Source of the DNA: Candidatus Altimarinota bacterium
GTDB lineage: Bacteria; Patescibacteriota; Gracilibacteria; UBA4473
Direction of reading: 5' to 3'
Length of the DNA stretch: 64,000 nucleotides
NCBI GenBank assembly: GCA_965231215.1
Contig: OZ246423.1
Coordinates: forward strand, 128,001-192,000
Shown one piece after another: positions 10,051 through 19,708 of this stretch. The stretch's first letter is position 1. Every line of letters starts with the position of its first letter. Made by a program: the position numbers and the translations under genes. The notes under the pieces were generated by a model. The model was not told where the DNA came from. It saw nothing but the letters and a program-made list of their open reading frames with translations, and searched no databases.

Positions 10051-10365
10051 ATGGCAAAAAAACAACAACCAAAATCAGTTCAGTCTGTACTGAATCAAAA
10101 AGTTTCTTTCTTCACAGGATCACTCGTCCTTATTACCGCTTTTGTAATCGCGGCTAGTGCTATCCCAAGCTACCACCAAGAAAATCAATCAGCTTTAGAA
10201 GTAATGTTCACTGCTTTCATTAAAGACTCAGATATTCACCAAGCTAAAATTGAAGCTGAAGAATTCCGAGTAGAAATCTATCGAAAAAAACTTCAAAGAG
10301 CTATGAATCAAGAAGTAGTTGAAGAAGACATTATTGAAGAAACCGAAAATGAAGAAGCTGCCTAA
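10051..10365 (+). CDS. Hypothetical single-TM protein with acidic C-terminus
   Basis: 104 aa ORF, one TM, followed by a terminator. Confidence 0.8.
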   Translation: MAKKQQPKSVQSVLNQKVSFFTGSLVLITAFVIAASAIPSYHQENQSALEVMFTAFIKDSDIHQAKIEAEEFRVEIYRKKLQRAMNQEVVEEDIIEETENEEAA

Positions 10366-10391
10366 GACAGCCTAAAACAAAAAATGATTCT

Positions 10392-10428
10392 AAAAAAACC
10401 GCCAGTTTAAATTGCAGGCGGTTTTTTT
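10392..10428 (+). terminator. Intrinsic terminator
   Basis: AAAAAAACCGCC-loop-GGCGGTTTTTTT. Confidence 0.8.
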
Positions 10429-10517
10429 CAATACAAAAAGCATTTGACAAAAATACTAAAAACACCGAACATCCAGACGCTTTCTAAAAACGACCGCCTT
10501 TTTAAAAGTACGCAAAA

Positions 10518-10721
10518 ATGAAGCAAAAAAGTGATAAAACTCCAACAAAAAACTTCCTAAAAGACAGAATAGGAGAGCTAAACAATATAACTTGGCCAAC
10601 CCAACGCCAAGCCATACACGCTATGATTTTGGTACTCACCATCATGCTTATAGTAGGTTTATTTTTAGGCATGGTAGACTATGGAATTAACCAAGTAGTG
10701 CTGTATTTACTTAACCGATAA
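10518..10721 (+). CDS. secE: Preprotein translocase subunit SecE
   Basis: EL..ITWPT motif plus one TM, upstream of nusG. Confidence 0.93.
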   Translation: MKQKSDKTPTKNFLKDRIGELNNITWPTQRQAIHAMILVLTIMLIVGLFLGMVDYGINQVVLYLLNR

Positions 10722-10728
10722 TCAATAC

Positions 10729-11277
10729 ATGGCCAAGCAAGATTCATCCCTCGGAAAACAGTGGTATGTAATTCATACCTACTCTGGATACGAAGATTCG
10801 GTAAAAAAATCTCTCGAACAACGGATTGAGTCTATGAATATGCAGGACTATATTTTTGAAGTAGTCGTGCCAAAAGAAAAAATTGTAACCGTTAAGGCCG
10901 GTAAACAAGTCGTAGCTGAGAAAAATCTTTTCCCAGGATATGTACTCGTAAACATGATCGTAACGGATGCTTCTTGGTTTGTAGTACGAAACACGCCTAA
11001 TGTAACGGGATTTGTTGGTTCTGGAACCACTCCAGTCCCCGTACTTCCAGAAGAATTTGGAGTAATCCAAAGACGCATGGGAGCCTCTGAACCAAGCGCT
11101 GAGATCAAACTCAAGGTTGGAGATCTAGTAACTATCAAAGAAGGCCCTTTCAGTAACTACGAAGGCACTATTGCTGAAGTTAACCCAGCCAAAGCCAAAG
11201 TCACCGTAATGGTGTCTATTTTTGACCGAGATACCCCTGTAGAACTCGATTTCACACAGGTAATTCCAAAAATATAG
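10729..11277 (+). CDS. nusG: Transcription factor NusG
   Basis: WYVIHTYSGYE, FPGYVLV, VRNTPNVTGFVG, KOW domain. Confidence 0.98.
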   Translation: MAKQDSSLGKQWYVIHTYSGYEDSVKKSLEQRIESMNMQDYIFEVVVPKEKIVTVKAGKQVVAEKNLFPGYVLVNMIVTDASWFVVRNTPNVTGFVGSGTTPVPVLPEEFGVIQRRMGASEPSAEIKLKVGDLVTIKEGPFSNYEGTIAEVNPAKAKVTVMVSIFDRDTPVELDFTQVIPKI

Positions 11278-11396
11278 TTTTTTGGGCAAAAACCCATATT
11301 TTTCCCTTGCCAAAGATATATGAATGGCTATAAACCATCAGCTTTGCTGTTTGAATCAGTAAACTAGCAGATTATAGAATTAGCATATTAAATTTC

Positions 11397-11834
11397 ATGG
11401 CACCTAGCAAACCGTACGCAACTATGTTCAAGATTACTCTTCCCGCTGGAGGCGCTACGCCTGCCCCACCAGTAGGGCCTGTTTTAGGTCAACATGGGAT
11501 TAATATTCAGGATTTTGTACAAAAGTTCAATGACGGAACAGCCCAGTTTAAAGCTGATGGATATAAAATTCCTTGTATTTGTTACGTATTTGAAGATAAG
11601 TCATTTGAACTTGAATTCAAACAACCACCAGCTTCAGACCTCATCAAAAAAGAAATAGGCCTGCCAAAAGGCTCTGGGAAACCAAATACTGAGAAAGTAG
11701 GCACTATTAACCGGACGCAACTAGAAGCTGTAGCAGAAAAGAAAATGCCAGATCTAAACGCTAATGATATGGACGGTGCCGTAAACATTATTGCCGGAAC
11801 CGCCAAACAAATGGGGCTTAATGTAGAAGCCTAA
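11397..11834 (+). CDS. rplK: 50S ribosomal protein L11
   Basis: ATPAPPVGPVLGQHG, KMPDLNA. Confidence 0.98.
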   Translation: MAPSKPYATMFKITLPAGGATPAPPVGPVLGQHGINIQDFVQKFNDGTAQFKADGYKIPCICYVFEDKSFELEFKQPPASDLIKKEIGLPKGSGKPNTEKVGTINRTQLEAVAEKKMPDLNANDMDGAVNIIAGTAKQMGLNVEA

Positions 11835-11876
11835 TTAAAGAAGCTAGTTTACTAGCAAATTAATATTCGTCCCTTC

Positions 11877-11917
11877 GTGGGAGAACCAAGCCATCGAGCT
11901 TGATTCATTTGTACCAC
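11877..11917 (+). promoter_or_regulatory. Putative L1-binding autoregulatory RNA element between rplK and rplA
   Basis: GTGGGAG...ACCAC stem enclosing an inner AAGC/GCTT hairpin, matching the usual L1 leader pattern. Confidence 0.7.
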
Positions 11918-11932
11918 TAACCCTTATACAAC

Positions 11933-12628
11933 ATGAAACGTTCAAAAACCCTCAAGGCTGCCTATGAAGCCTTTGACAAAGAAACCGCCTATTCTACCGA
12001 AGAAGCGGTTAAGTTAATGGTAAAACATTCAAAAGTAAAATTTGATCCTACAGCTGAGATTCATTTCACACTTGAAATTGACCCAAAACAAGCCGACCAA
12101 CAAGTTCGTACTACTACTTCCCTCCCTCACGGAACAGGGAAAAGTATGCGAGTAGTAGCTATTTGTGGAGATGATCTACAAAAAGCCGCTAAGTCTGCTG
12201 GAGCTATGGAGGCTGGAGCCGAAGAACTGATTGAAAAGATTGCGCAAGGATGGACTGATTTTGATGCACTAGTAGCGAGCCCTGACATGATGAAAAACTT
12301 GGCCAAAGCCGCTCGTGTTCTAGGGCCCAAAGGCCTTATGCCTAACCCAAAGTCAGGAACCGTAACTCCTGATATAGAAAAAGCCGTTAAAGAAATCGCC
12401 GCTGGACGAATTGAATTCCGAAATGATAAATTTGGAATTGTTCACAGCGTATTTGGAAAACTTTCTTTTGGAGACAAGAAGTTACTTGAAAACCTAGATT
12501 TCTTCATCAAAACACTTAAAGACAACAAACCAAGCGGAGTCAAAGGCGCTTACATCAAAAATGTAACCATCAACTCCACTATGGGGCCTGGAATCAAAGT
12601 TCAATTTGAAGAAGCTGAAGAAGCCTAA
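11933..12628 (+). CDS. rplA: 50S ribosomal protein L1
   Basis: LPHGTGK, LGPKGLMPNPKSGTVT, STMGPG. Confidence 0.98.
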   Translation: MKRSKTLKAAYEAFDKETAYSTEEAVKLMVKHSKVKFDPTAEIHFTLEIDPKQADQQVRTTTSLPHGTGKSMRVVAICGDDLQKAAKSAGAMEAGAEELIEKIAQGWTDFDALVASPDMMKNLAKAARVLGPKGLMPNPKSGTVTPDIEKAVKEIAAGRIEFRNDKFGIVHSVFGKLSFGDKKLLENLDFFIKTLKDNKPSGVKGAYIKNVTINSTMGPGIKVQFEEAEEA

Positions 12629-12644
12629 ATCAAAGACTCAATAC

Positions 12645-12678
12645 AAAAAAAGCTCTGTATTGCTACAGAGCTTTTTTA
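12645..12678 (+). terminator. Intrinsic terminator after rplA
   Basis: AAAAAAAGCTCTGTA-TTGC-TACAGAGCTTTTTT. Confidence 0.85.
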
Positions 12679-12715
12679 TTAGAAATTTTTTGATTTTTAG
12701 GCTAACTTAAAATCA

Positions 12716-13090
12716 ATGAAAACTATTCTTACTAAAATTTTATTTCTACATATCCTATTAATTCCCTTTTACCTTTTTGCACAAAAGGAGATTGCAGCCA
12801 TACCAAAAGAAAATTTAGACACTCTAGTTCTGTTCGTAGGCCTTATTGTAATTGCTCCAATCACCTCAAACTTTATTTATTCTTATCGTGAAGCTAAATC
12901 TAAAGAAGCTGCTAAATGGGGGCATATAACCACATTCTTTTCGATGCTGGTAATTGGAATGCTCTTTTTAGCCCTAGATATTCTTTTACTCGAAATGATT
13001 GGCAACGTTATAACCTTTAGAGTTTCAATATTACTATTTTGGATAGCCGTAGTTACCTTTGATTTTGCTGATATGAAACTTAGAAATTGA
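12716..13090 (+). CDS. Hypothetical 4-TM membrane protein
   Basis: 124 aa hydrophobic ORF. Confidence 0.7.
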   Translation: MKTILTKILFLHILLIPFYLFAQKEIAAIPKENLDTLVLFVGLIVIAPITSNFIYSYREAKSKEAAKWGHITTFFSMLVIGMLFLALDILLLEMIGNVITFRVSILLFWIAVVTFDFADMKLRN

Positions 13091-13092
13091 AA

Positions 13093-13302
13093 TTAATAAA
13101 TCACCTGAACATCTACTGGCATTTGAGGCAGATTAGTATGAACTAAAGCTTTATTCTCACCATTTTTAATAGCTTTCATAATTTCACTCCCTGTATTAGA
13201 TACTTAGTAAACTAAAGGTCTGAAATCTTGATCTCCAGTAGTTTGATTCATTAAGATTTGCGAAGTTCTAAACCCATCTTTATTACCAGCTTGGGAAGTA
13301 TC
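13093..13302 (-). pseudogene. 3' remnant of an unidentified gene, one internal stop
   Basis: Hand translation DTSQAGNKDGFRTSQILMNQTTGDQDFRPLVY*VSNTGSEIMKAIKNGENKALVHTNLPQMPVDVQVIY*. Confidence 0.45.
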
Positions 13303-13907
13303 TACCAACTACAGTCTACATTTGTAATCGTATAAGAATATTGGTAGTAATCCCCTGAAGATTCTCTACCAATATTTGGGTGATCACACAAATAGGCCGC
13401 ATTCTGAACATTATAAGAATCTTCACGAAATCCTGCACGACTATAAAGTTTTTCTGTCTGTGGGCCTGTTTCTACAGTTCCCCAAGCAGTTAAGATAAAT
13501 TCATTTCCATCACTCGAATACATATAACAGGTACCTTTCAAAATTCTGCCCCCTTTAGCTGCATTTGCCCCTGTTGGATCCTGAGGTAATTTATCTATAT
13601 GGTTGTAAATATCAGGAACCCAGTCAACGGTCGCTAGATCACTGGGATCTTCCGGTTCACAATTTGGATCCATATAAACATTATTTAAGCCCCCCGTTGA
13701 AGGATAGGATCCATTCAATGCATGATACTGTTTAACAGCCTTATGAACTTTCGAAATATCAGCCAAACGCTTTGCATCTCTCGCCTTTGCAAAATATCCA
13801 CTAATGGTGGAGACGATGATCGTAGCTAAAATGCCAATAATCACAATTGTAACCAAAAGTTCGATAAGCGTGAATCCTGCACTGTACATCTTTCCTACTT
13901 TCATCAC
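13302..13907 (-). CDS. Type IV pilin / GspG-like prepilin
   Basis: G|FTLIELLVTIVIIGILA cleavage/methylation motif, ARDAKR..D, LPQDP, four Cys. Confidence 0.93.
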   Translation of the reverse strand: MMKVGKMYSAGFTLIELLVTIVIIGILATIIVSTISGYFAKARDAKRLADISKVHKAVKQYHALNGSYPSTGGLNNVYMDPNCEPEDPSDLATVDWVPDIYNHIDKLPQDPTGANAAKGGRILKGTCYMYSSDGNEFILTAWGTVETGPQTEKLYSRAGFREDSYNVQNAAYLCDHPNIGRESSGDYYQYSYTITNVDCSW

Positions 13908-14036
13908 TTAGAACTATATTTAAAAAGGTTCCCAGGGCGAATATAATTTTTTCCTTCATATTTTATTCTCTTATAAAATAAAAAAATCAATAATTAAAGA
14001 AAAAATGCCACTTCTACAGAGATAAATTCCATAAAT

Positions 14037-14063
14037 AAAAAGCCCCACTTCCGCAGGGCTTTT
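14037..14063 (-). terminator. Intrinsic terminator after dnaK
   Basis: AAAAAGCCC...GGGCTTTT hairpin. Confidence 0.7.
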
Positions 14064-14083
14064 CTGAGTAGTTTAATCATAAA

Positions 14084-16012
14084 TTACTTATCCTTTTTTT
14101 TGTCGTCCTTCTCATCTTCATCCTTCTTTACATCTGCATCAACAATTTCTGGCTCATGTTTAGCATCGGCTTTTTGTTCCCCTTCGGCCGCCGTTGGATC
14201 ATGTCCAAGTTCGTGCATTTTCCGTCCAAGGGCGATGAGTTTTTCAGAGAGTTCCTCTGATACTTTTTTCATTTCTTCGATGTCGGTAGATTCTTGCAGT
14301 ATTTTCTTGGCGTCTGGAAGCCTCTCATTAAGGGGCTTGATAAATTCATTAAGCTCATCTTTACCCAGCTCTTCCGCTTCTTTAGCGGTTTTTTCTGATT
14401 GATAGATCATTGAATCTAAATGGTTTTTGGCTTCAGCCGATTCTTTACGTGCTTTATCTTTTTCAGCATTTTCTTCCCCTTCTTTCCGCATTTTTTCAAT
14501 CTCTTCATCACTCATCCCAGAAGAGCCTTCAATCTTAATAGACTGTTCTTTGCCAGTGGCATTATCTTTAGCTTTAACTGACAAAATTCCATTGGCATCA
14601 ATATCAAAAGTTACTTCAATTTGAGGGACGCCTCGTGGCGCTGGTGGAATGTCTCCGAGTACAAACTTACCAAGAGATTTATTATCCGCGGCCATTTCTC
14701 GTTCTCCTTGAAGTACATGAATCTCTACCGATGGTTGCTGATCTGCATAAGTTGAGAATATTTGTGATTTAGAAGATGGAATAGTGGTGTTTCGTTCAAT
14801 CATCGGAGTTCGTACGCCTCCAGCGGTTTCAATACCAAGAGTCAGTGGCGTTACATCAAGCAATAATACATCTTGTACATCTCCTTGTAGTACTCCTCCT
14901 TGGATAGCGGCTCCAAGCGCCACAACTTCATCAGGGTTTTGAGATTCATTTGGTTTTTTTCCAAAGAAGCCCTCAACGGCCTCTTTTACCGCTGGCATCC
15001 GAGTCATCCCTCCAACCAGCAATACTTCATCAATATCAGAAGCTGATAAACCCGCATCTTTAAGTGCTTTTTCACACGGATCAATAGATCGTTTAATAAG
15101 GTCTTCAACCAATTGCTCAAATTTTGACCGAGTGATTTTCACGTTCAAATGGAGTGGCCCCGCGTCCCCTACGGTGATGTACATTTCATTAATTTCACTT
15201 TCTGTGGCAGAAGAGAGCTCTTTTTTTACTTCTTCGGCTTTGGATTTAATCCGTTGCATCGCAATTGGATCTTTCGAAAGATCTACTCCATTCTCTTTTT
15301 TAAATACTTCAAGCACGTGTTGAATAATCGCTGAATCAAAGTCATCTCCCCCAAGATGTGTATCGCCATTAGTCGCAAGTACTTCAAAAGTCCCATCAGC
15401 AATTTCTAGTACAGACACATCAAATGTCCCTCCCCCAAGATCATATACTACAATCTTTTCATCTTTTCCTTTTTTATCAATTCCATAGGCCAAGGCGGCA
15501 GCAGTAGGTTCATTAATGATTCGTTCTACCTCAAGCCCGGCAATAGCCCCAGCGTCTTTAGTGGCTTTACGCTGATCATCATTAAAGTAAGCCGGCACCG
15601 TGATAACGGCTTTACTCACCGCCCCTCCAAGGTAGGCTTCGGCATCACTTTTAAGTTTAGCCAATACTTTAGCAGAGATTTCAGCGGGACGAACTTCATC
15701 CCCTTCGTATTTGATCATAACCGCTCCATTTTTGCCTTTAGTAAAACCAAAAGGCATTTCATCCATTTCAGTCTGTACTTCATCAAAGTTACGACCGATA
15801 AATCGCTTAGCTGAAAAAATAGTATTTTCAGGATTCGTAATAGCCTGACGTTTAGCCGTTACCCCAACGAGCGTCTGGTCATCTTTTGCCGCTACAACAG
15901 AGGGCGTTGTTCGATTCCCTTCTGCATTAGGAATAACGGTCGCTTTACCTCCTTCCATTACAGCGACACAACAGTTGGTGGTTCCAAGATCAATTCCAAT
16001 AATTTTTGACAT
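14084..16012 (-). CDS. dnaK: Chaperone DnaK
   Basis: [24 protein letters not shown], Hsp70 signatures. Confidence 0.99.
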   Translation of the reverse strand: MSKIIGIDLGTTNCCVAVMEGGKATVIPNAEGNRTTPSVVAAKDDQTLVGVTAKRQAITNPENTIFSAKRFIGRNFDEVQTEMDEMPFGFTKGKNGAVMIKYEGDEVRPAEISAKVLAKLKSDAEAYLGGAVSKAVITVPAYFNDDQRKATKDAGAIAGLEVERIINEPTAAALAYGIDKKGKDEKIVVYDLGGGTFDVSVLEIADGTFEVLATNGDTHLGGDDFDSAIIQHVLEVFKKENGVDLSKDPIAMQRIKSKAEEVKKELSSATESEINEMYITVGDAGPLHLNVKITRSKFEQLVEDLIKRSIDPCEKALKDAGLSASDIDEVLLVGGMTRMPAVKEAVEGFFGKKPNESQNPDEVVALGAAIQGGVLQGDVQDVLLLDVTPLTLGIETAGGVRTPMIERNTTIPSSKSQIFSTYADQQPSVEIHVLQGEREMAADNKSLGKFVLGDIPPAPRGVPQIEVTFDIDANGILSVKAKDNATGKEQSIKIEGSSGMSDEEIEKMRKEGEENAEKDKARKESAEAKNHLDSMIYQSEKTAKEAEELGKDELNEFIKPLNERLPDAKKILQESTDIEEMKKVSEELSEKLIALGRKMHELGHDPTAAEGEQKADAKHEPEIVDADVKKDEDEKDDKKKDK

Positions 16013-16037
16013 GATAATTTATAATAATTCTAAAAAT

Positions 16038-16077
16038 TTAGCAGTCATATTATACGAGTGCTAAAACCAAATGTCAA
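16038..16077 (-). promoter_or_regulatory. CIRCE (HrcA operator) overlapping a consensus sigma70 promoter of dnaK
   Basis: TTAGCAGTC-N9-GAGTGCTAA (16038-16064, one mismatch to CIRCE); minus-strand TTGACA(16077-72)-17-TATAAT(16054-49). Confidence 0.92.
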
Positions 16078-16286
16078 AATAAATCCCCCCTCTTTTTGAG
16101 CGATAATAAGTTCTCTCATACTTGAGTCCATATATCTGCTAACTGCGACCCTAACCACAATGTGTTTAACTGAATTTTCTTTGTGTTTTTTCTCTCTTTA
16201 CTATTTACATCTTTTTAATATATGCCTAAGAATGTCAACATTGACTTTGACTTCTCTTATAAACCTGCTATAAACTAGTCTTTGAT

Positions 16287-17261
16287 ATGGAACCCACAGA
16301 AAAAATAAGACTCTTTTGCCAAGAATGTATGCACAACCCCACTTACAGGTGGGCCAAGTGGGTAAATGGATTTATTGCCTTTTTGGTAGTGCTGTCGGTA
16401 GCTATAATTCCACTACATTTCATGCCAGGCTTAGAATGGACTCATAATTGGCTTTTTTTCTTTGAAAAAATAGCGGTAAGTATTTTTACTGTTGAATATT
16501 TCCTCCGAACCTGGTCAGCTAAAAAACCGCTCAGGTATGTATTTTCTTGGTGGGGCTTAGTAGATTTAGTGGCCATTGTCCCTTTTTATCTCGGAGAACT
16601 TGATCTTATCTCCCATCCAGAAGTCTTCATGGCTCTCAGAATCTTGAGACTTTTTAAACTTGGAAAAATCTATGAGGCTGAACGAGAACTTACCGCTACC
16701 GAAGCTAAAGAATATCATGGAAGATTCTTTTCTATGGGGTCTCATGAATATATCGAGTACATTGTTCAAAAACACTGGGTTGTTTTTATAGCTAGTCTTT
16801 CGCTTTCTCTCATTATTACAACTGCCGGCATTTTATCTCTAGTGATGATCTGCCCCATTAATATGGTAATAGGACTAGTTGTTGGGATACTGTTTTTGAT
16901 CTTTGCTACAGCTTTATTTACTAAGCTCTGGCTCGACTTTAACTATGATCTTATCTACATTACTAATCATAGAGTGGTGTTCCAACAGAGAGAACTTTTT
17001 GGCGCGCACCTCAATGAATCACATTATGAAAACATTACCAATGTAATCCCAAATGACACGGGTATCTGGCATTGGGTTTTCGGATTTGGAGACATTACTA
17101 TTGAAACTCCTGCGGCTCAAGGAACGATGCACTTTCCTCATGCTAAAGACCCTGCCAAGGCCTGTAATATTATTTCAAAAAACCGACTCAAAGCCCCTCA
17201 TAGAATATTGGAATCTGTTCCGGCTCAAAACGCTGAAAATAATTCACCAATTGTGCGTTAA
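16287..17261 (+). CDS. Ion-transport S1-S4 domain fused to 2 TM plus bacterial PH (bPH_2-like) domain
   Basis: FTVEYFLR, LVDLVAIVPFY, ALRILRLFKL; then YITNHRVV...FGFGDITIET. Confidence 0.8.
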   Translation: MEPTEKIRLFCQECMHNPTYRWAKWVNGFIAFLVVLSVAIIPLHFMPGLEWTHNWLFFFEKIAVSIFTVEYFLRTWSAKKPLRYVFSWWGLVDLVAIVPFYLGELDLISHPEVFMALRILRLFKLGKIYEAERELTATEAKEYHGRFFSMGSHEYIEYIVQKHWVVFIASLSLSLIITTAGILSLVMICPINMVIGLVVGILFLIFATALFTKLWLDFNYDLIYITNHRVVFQQRELFGAHLNESHYENITNVIPNDTGIWHWVFGFGDITIETPAAQGTMHFPHAKDPAKACNIISKNRLKAPHRILESVPAQNAENNSPIVR

Positions 17262-18967
17262 GCGGCCGCTTGTTTTGAGGCTCTATAGTGTGTATAGGCC
17301 ACATGGCCAAAGGTTTTGATGAGTCTTTTTTGTTCTCGTGTAAACTTTCTATCCAGGGTCCGCTCTAGCGCCTCTTCAGCTACTTCAGTAGCAAAGTGAG
17401 CAACCATCCTCCCACCGATAACATAATCTAACACCGAAGACAAACCTGACAAAGCCGCATAACCTCCAACAAGTTTTGCACTAGTAGTACTAAAGAGAGA
17501 TTCTTTAACTTTCCGTGGAAGCGTTTTAACAAAACCCGAAGCAGAAAATTTACCAGCTCGGGCAGCGGCCTTCGCAAGCCCTTTCTTGACCATTTTTTTA
17601 GCGCTTTCTTTAGCCGTAACTTTTGTAGCAGCTCCAATAACAGACCGTGCCACCCAGGTTTTGGCTCCGCCACCAATAGCCGCCACAGCCGGAGCGGCTA
17701 TACCACCGGTTCCAAATACTGAAGCCCCAATACCGACAACCGTAGCGGTATCTAACACTAAATTCGTCCCTAATATTGAATATTTAGCCCAGATCGGCAG
17801 GTGATCTAAGTCTGAAGTACCGTTATACAAATACTCAAAAGGCACAAGCCCCCAAACCACTTCCCCAACTTCTTCAGTCAGAGAATCATTTCGTCGGTGA
17901 GAAGGAGCTAAATACCAATCAAAAATTCTTGTACTAAGTTCAAATACAGCAGCCCTTCCTCTAATTTTACGAGCCTTCAAACCATAGTCTTCGGCCATAG
18001 AGGCAAAGGTACGTGGGAATTTTTTTTGTAGCTTTTTTAACTCGGTCATATCTATTTGCTGCATCAGATATTTTTTTGGGGACATCCCTTTGTGTTTTCC
18101 ATGGACAATATCCATAAGGGCTTGTTTTCCTGCACTTGAAGCGGCTTTTCTAAATTTAGTAAACCCTTGTTTCACGATCAGTACAGCTTCGGCTCCTTCT
18201 TTTTCTATTTCTTTTTTATGTCTTAGCCCTTTCTTAGTTTTTTTAGCTGCTTCCTCTGCGTCTTCTAGATAAGGATCATATTTATCACGAAATTGTTCAT
18301 AGCGTTTTTTCCCAAACTCAGCAGCATTTCTAAGTGGCACTACTTTTCTCATCGCTCCGTATTCAAAAAATACATCGGTAAAACTACGCTTCACAAATTT
18401 CCAAAACCCAATATCTCCAGCTTGGTATTCGGCCCAATTGTTTTTGAAAATTTCACCACGAGTTCGTATTTTAAACTTTCCACGAGCATCTTGGTACATA
18501 AATCTGTCCATTTCTGCCTCTACCTTGGCTAAAGCCTCTTGCTTGGTAAGCCCTCCCCCCGCTTTGGCCGCCTCTTCTTGTGTTTCAACAATCTTTTCTT
18601 CTAAAACATCATTGCCTTGCTTGAGAAGTTTTTCATCTTTCCATACTTTTTCCCCTAATTCAATATTATCATTAGCGACTTTAAGTGCTGGATCTACCTC
18701 CCCTTTAGCCGCTTTTACCTCCCGAGATAAATGATTTCTATGCGTATCAAAAAAGAAATCCCAGGTATGCCTTTCTACCGTATGATTTTTTAAATGTTCA
18801 GTATGTCCTGCGGTACTTCGTCTTACTCTCTCCCGATCTAAATGAACCACATTTGTTTCATTATCATTGGCTGACTCTCGAGGCATAAAAACCTCAAAAA
18901 CATGCCCTAAAAGTCCTGTGTTTTCACTAGGTTCAGTTTCATTCGCACGTTTAGGCGCAGTAACCAT
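17258..18967 (-). CDS. Hypothetical 569 aa protein, charged helical N-half and Gly/Ala-rich hydrophobic C-half
   Basis: Long ORF; TATAAT 6 nt upstream of ATG; no family recognised. Confidence 0.8.
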   Translation of the reverse strand: MVTAPKRANETEPSENTGLLGHVFEVFMPRESANDNETNVVHLDRERVRRSTAGHTEHLKNHTVERHTWDFFFDTHRNHLSREVKAAKGEVDPALKVANDNIELGEKVWKDEKLLKQGNDVLEEKIVETQEEAAKAGGGLTKQEALAKVEAEMDRFMYQDARGKFKIRTRGEIFKNNWAEYQAGDIGFWKFVKRSFTDVFFEYGAMRKVVPLRNAAEFGKKRYEQFRDKYDPYLEDAEEAAKKTKKGLRHKKEIEKEGAEAVLIVKQGFTKFRKAASSAGKQALMDIVHGKHKGMSPKKYLMQQIDMTELKKLQKKFPRTFASMAEDYGLKARKIRGRAAVFELSTRIFDWYLAPSHRRNDSLTEEVGEVVWGLVPFEYLYNGTSDLDHLPIWAKYSILGTNLVLDTATVVGIGASVFGTGGIAAPAVAAIGGGAKTWVARSVIGAATKVTAKESAKKMVKKGLAKAAARAGKFSASGFVKTLPRKVKESLFSTTSAKLVGGYAALSGLSSVLDYVIGGRMVAHFATEVAEEALERTLDRKFTREQKRLIKTFGHVAYTHYRASKQAAA

Positions 18968-19028
18968 CCCTTCATTATACCATATAAAGCCCTAATTTAA
19001 AAGCTTTTCTAAAGCCTCAAAAATAAGG

Positions 19029-19583
19029 TTAAAACTCAAAGAGTACCGCTTTTTCGAAATCAAAAAGGGCCGCCGAAACGCTATTGGGAAAATCACTAAT
19101 ATAGACATTGTATTCTTCGGCAATTCTATTGTAATCTTTTTGTAAAACTTCTATCTGGTCTTCTATTGCTTGAAGCTGAGATTTTAAATCTAAAAAATCT
19201 GGCTTTCCTTTAAAATTAGGATCGCTTTCCATTTCTAGTAGCAGCCCTTGCAAAGCCGCCTTTAAATTTGATTGATGTTGATTAAACTGAGTCAATGAAA
19301 CTAAATCATTTACCGGTACATTGGCATTTTGAACTTTATCCAAAGCCTGAGCTACCGCTTCCAAAATTTCAGGCTTATGGCCCCTTTCTTTTGAAGCCAT
19401 CGCTAATAAATGAGTCACAATCTCTGAGCGTTCCTGATATTGGTCTTGTATTTTTGTCCAAGTATTTTTAACCGATTGATCCAAACCCAGCATGGTATTA
19501 TAAGGCGAACTTAAAAACAGGATAATACAAAAACCACCAACAATAGATATCAACAGAAATGGGTTACTTTTAGCAAGTTTCAT
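19029..19583 (-). CDS. LemA family protein
   Basis: N-terminal TM, YN, W..I..QYQER, P.FK...F..L..QL..IED.I, YN....FP. Confidence 0.9.
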   Translation of the reverse strand: MKLAKSNPFLLISIVGGFCIILFLSSPYNTMLGLDQSVKNTWTKIQDQYQERSEIVTHLLAMASKERGHKPEILEAVAQALDKVQNANVPVNDLVSLTQFNQHQSNLKAALQGLLLEMESDPNFKGKPDFLDLKSQLQAIEDQIEVLQKDYNRIAEEYNVYISDFPNSVSAALFDFEKAVLFEF

Positions 19584-19708
19584 AGGCTAATCTAAGAGAA
19601 ACAAAGATATTATAACTATTTTTACAATGAACAAAAATATTGATCAAAAAAAATTAGAAAAACATCAAAATTTTATTAAACTAATTATAGCTTATAAAAA
19701 CTTAATAA

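Noticed and set aside
14100-15334. Antisense ORFs over dnaK (and similar shadow ORFs elsewhere in the track)
   Set aside because: Expected antisense shadows of conserved genes, with no independent signals
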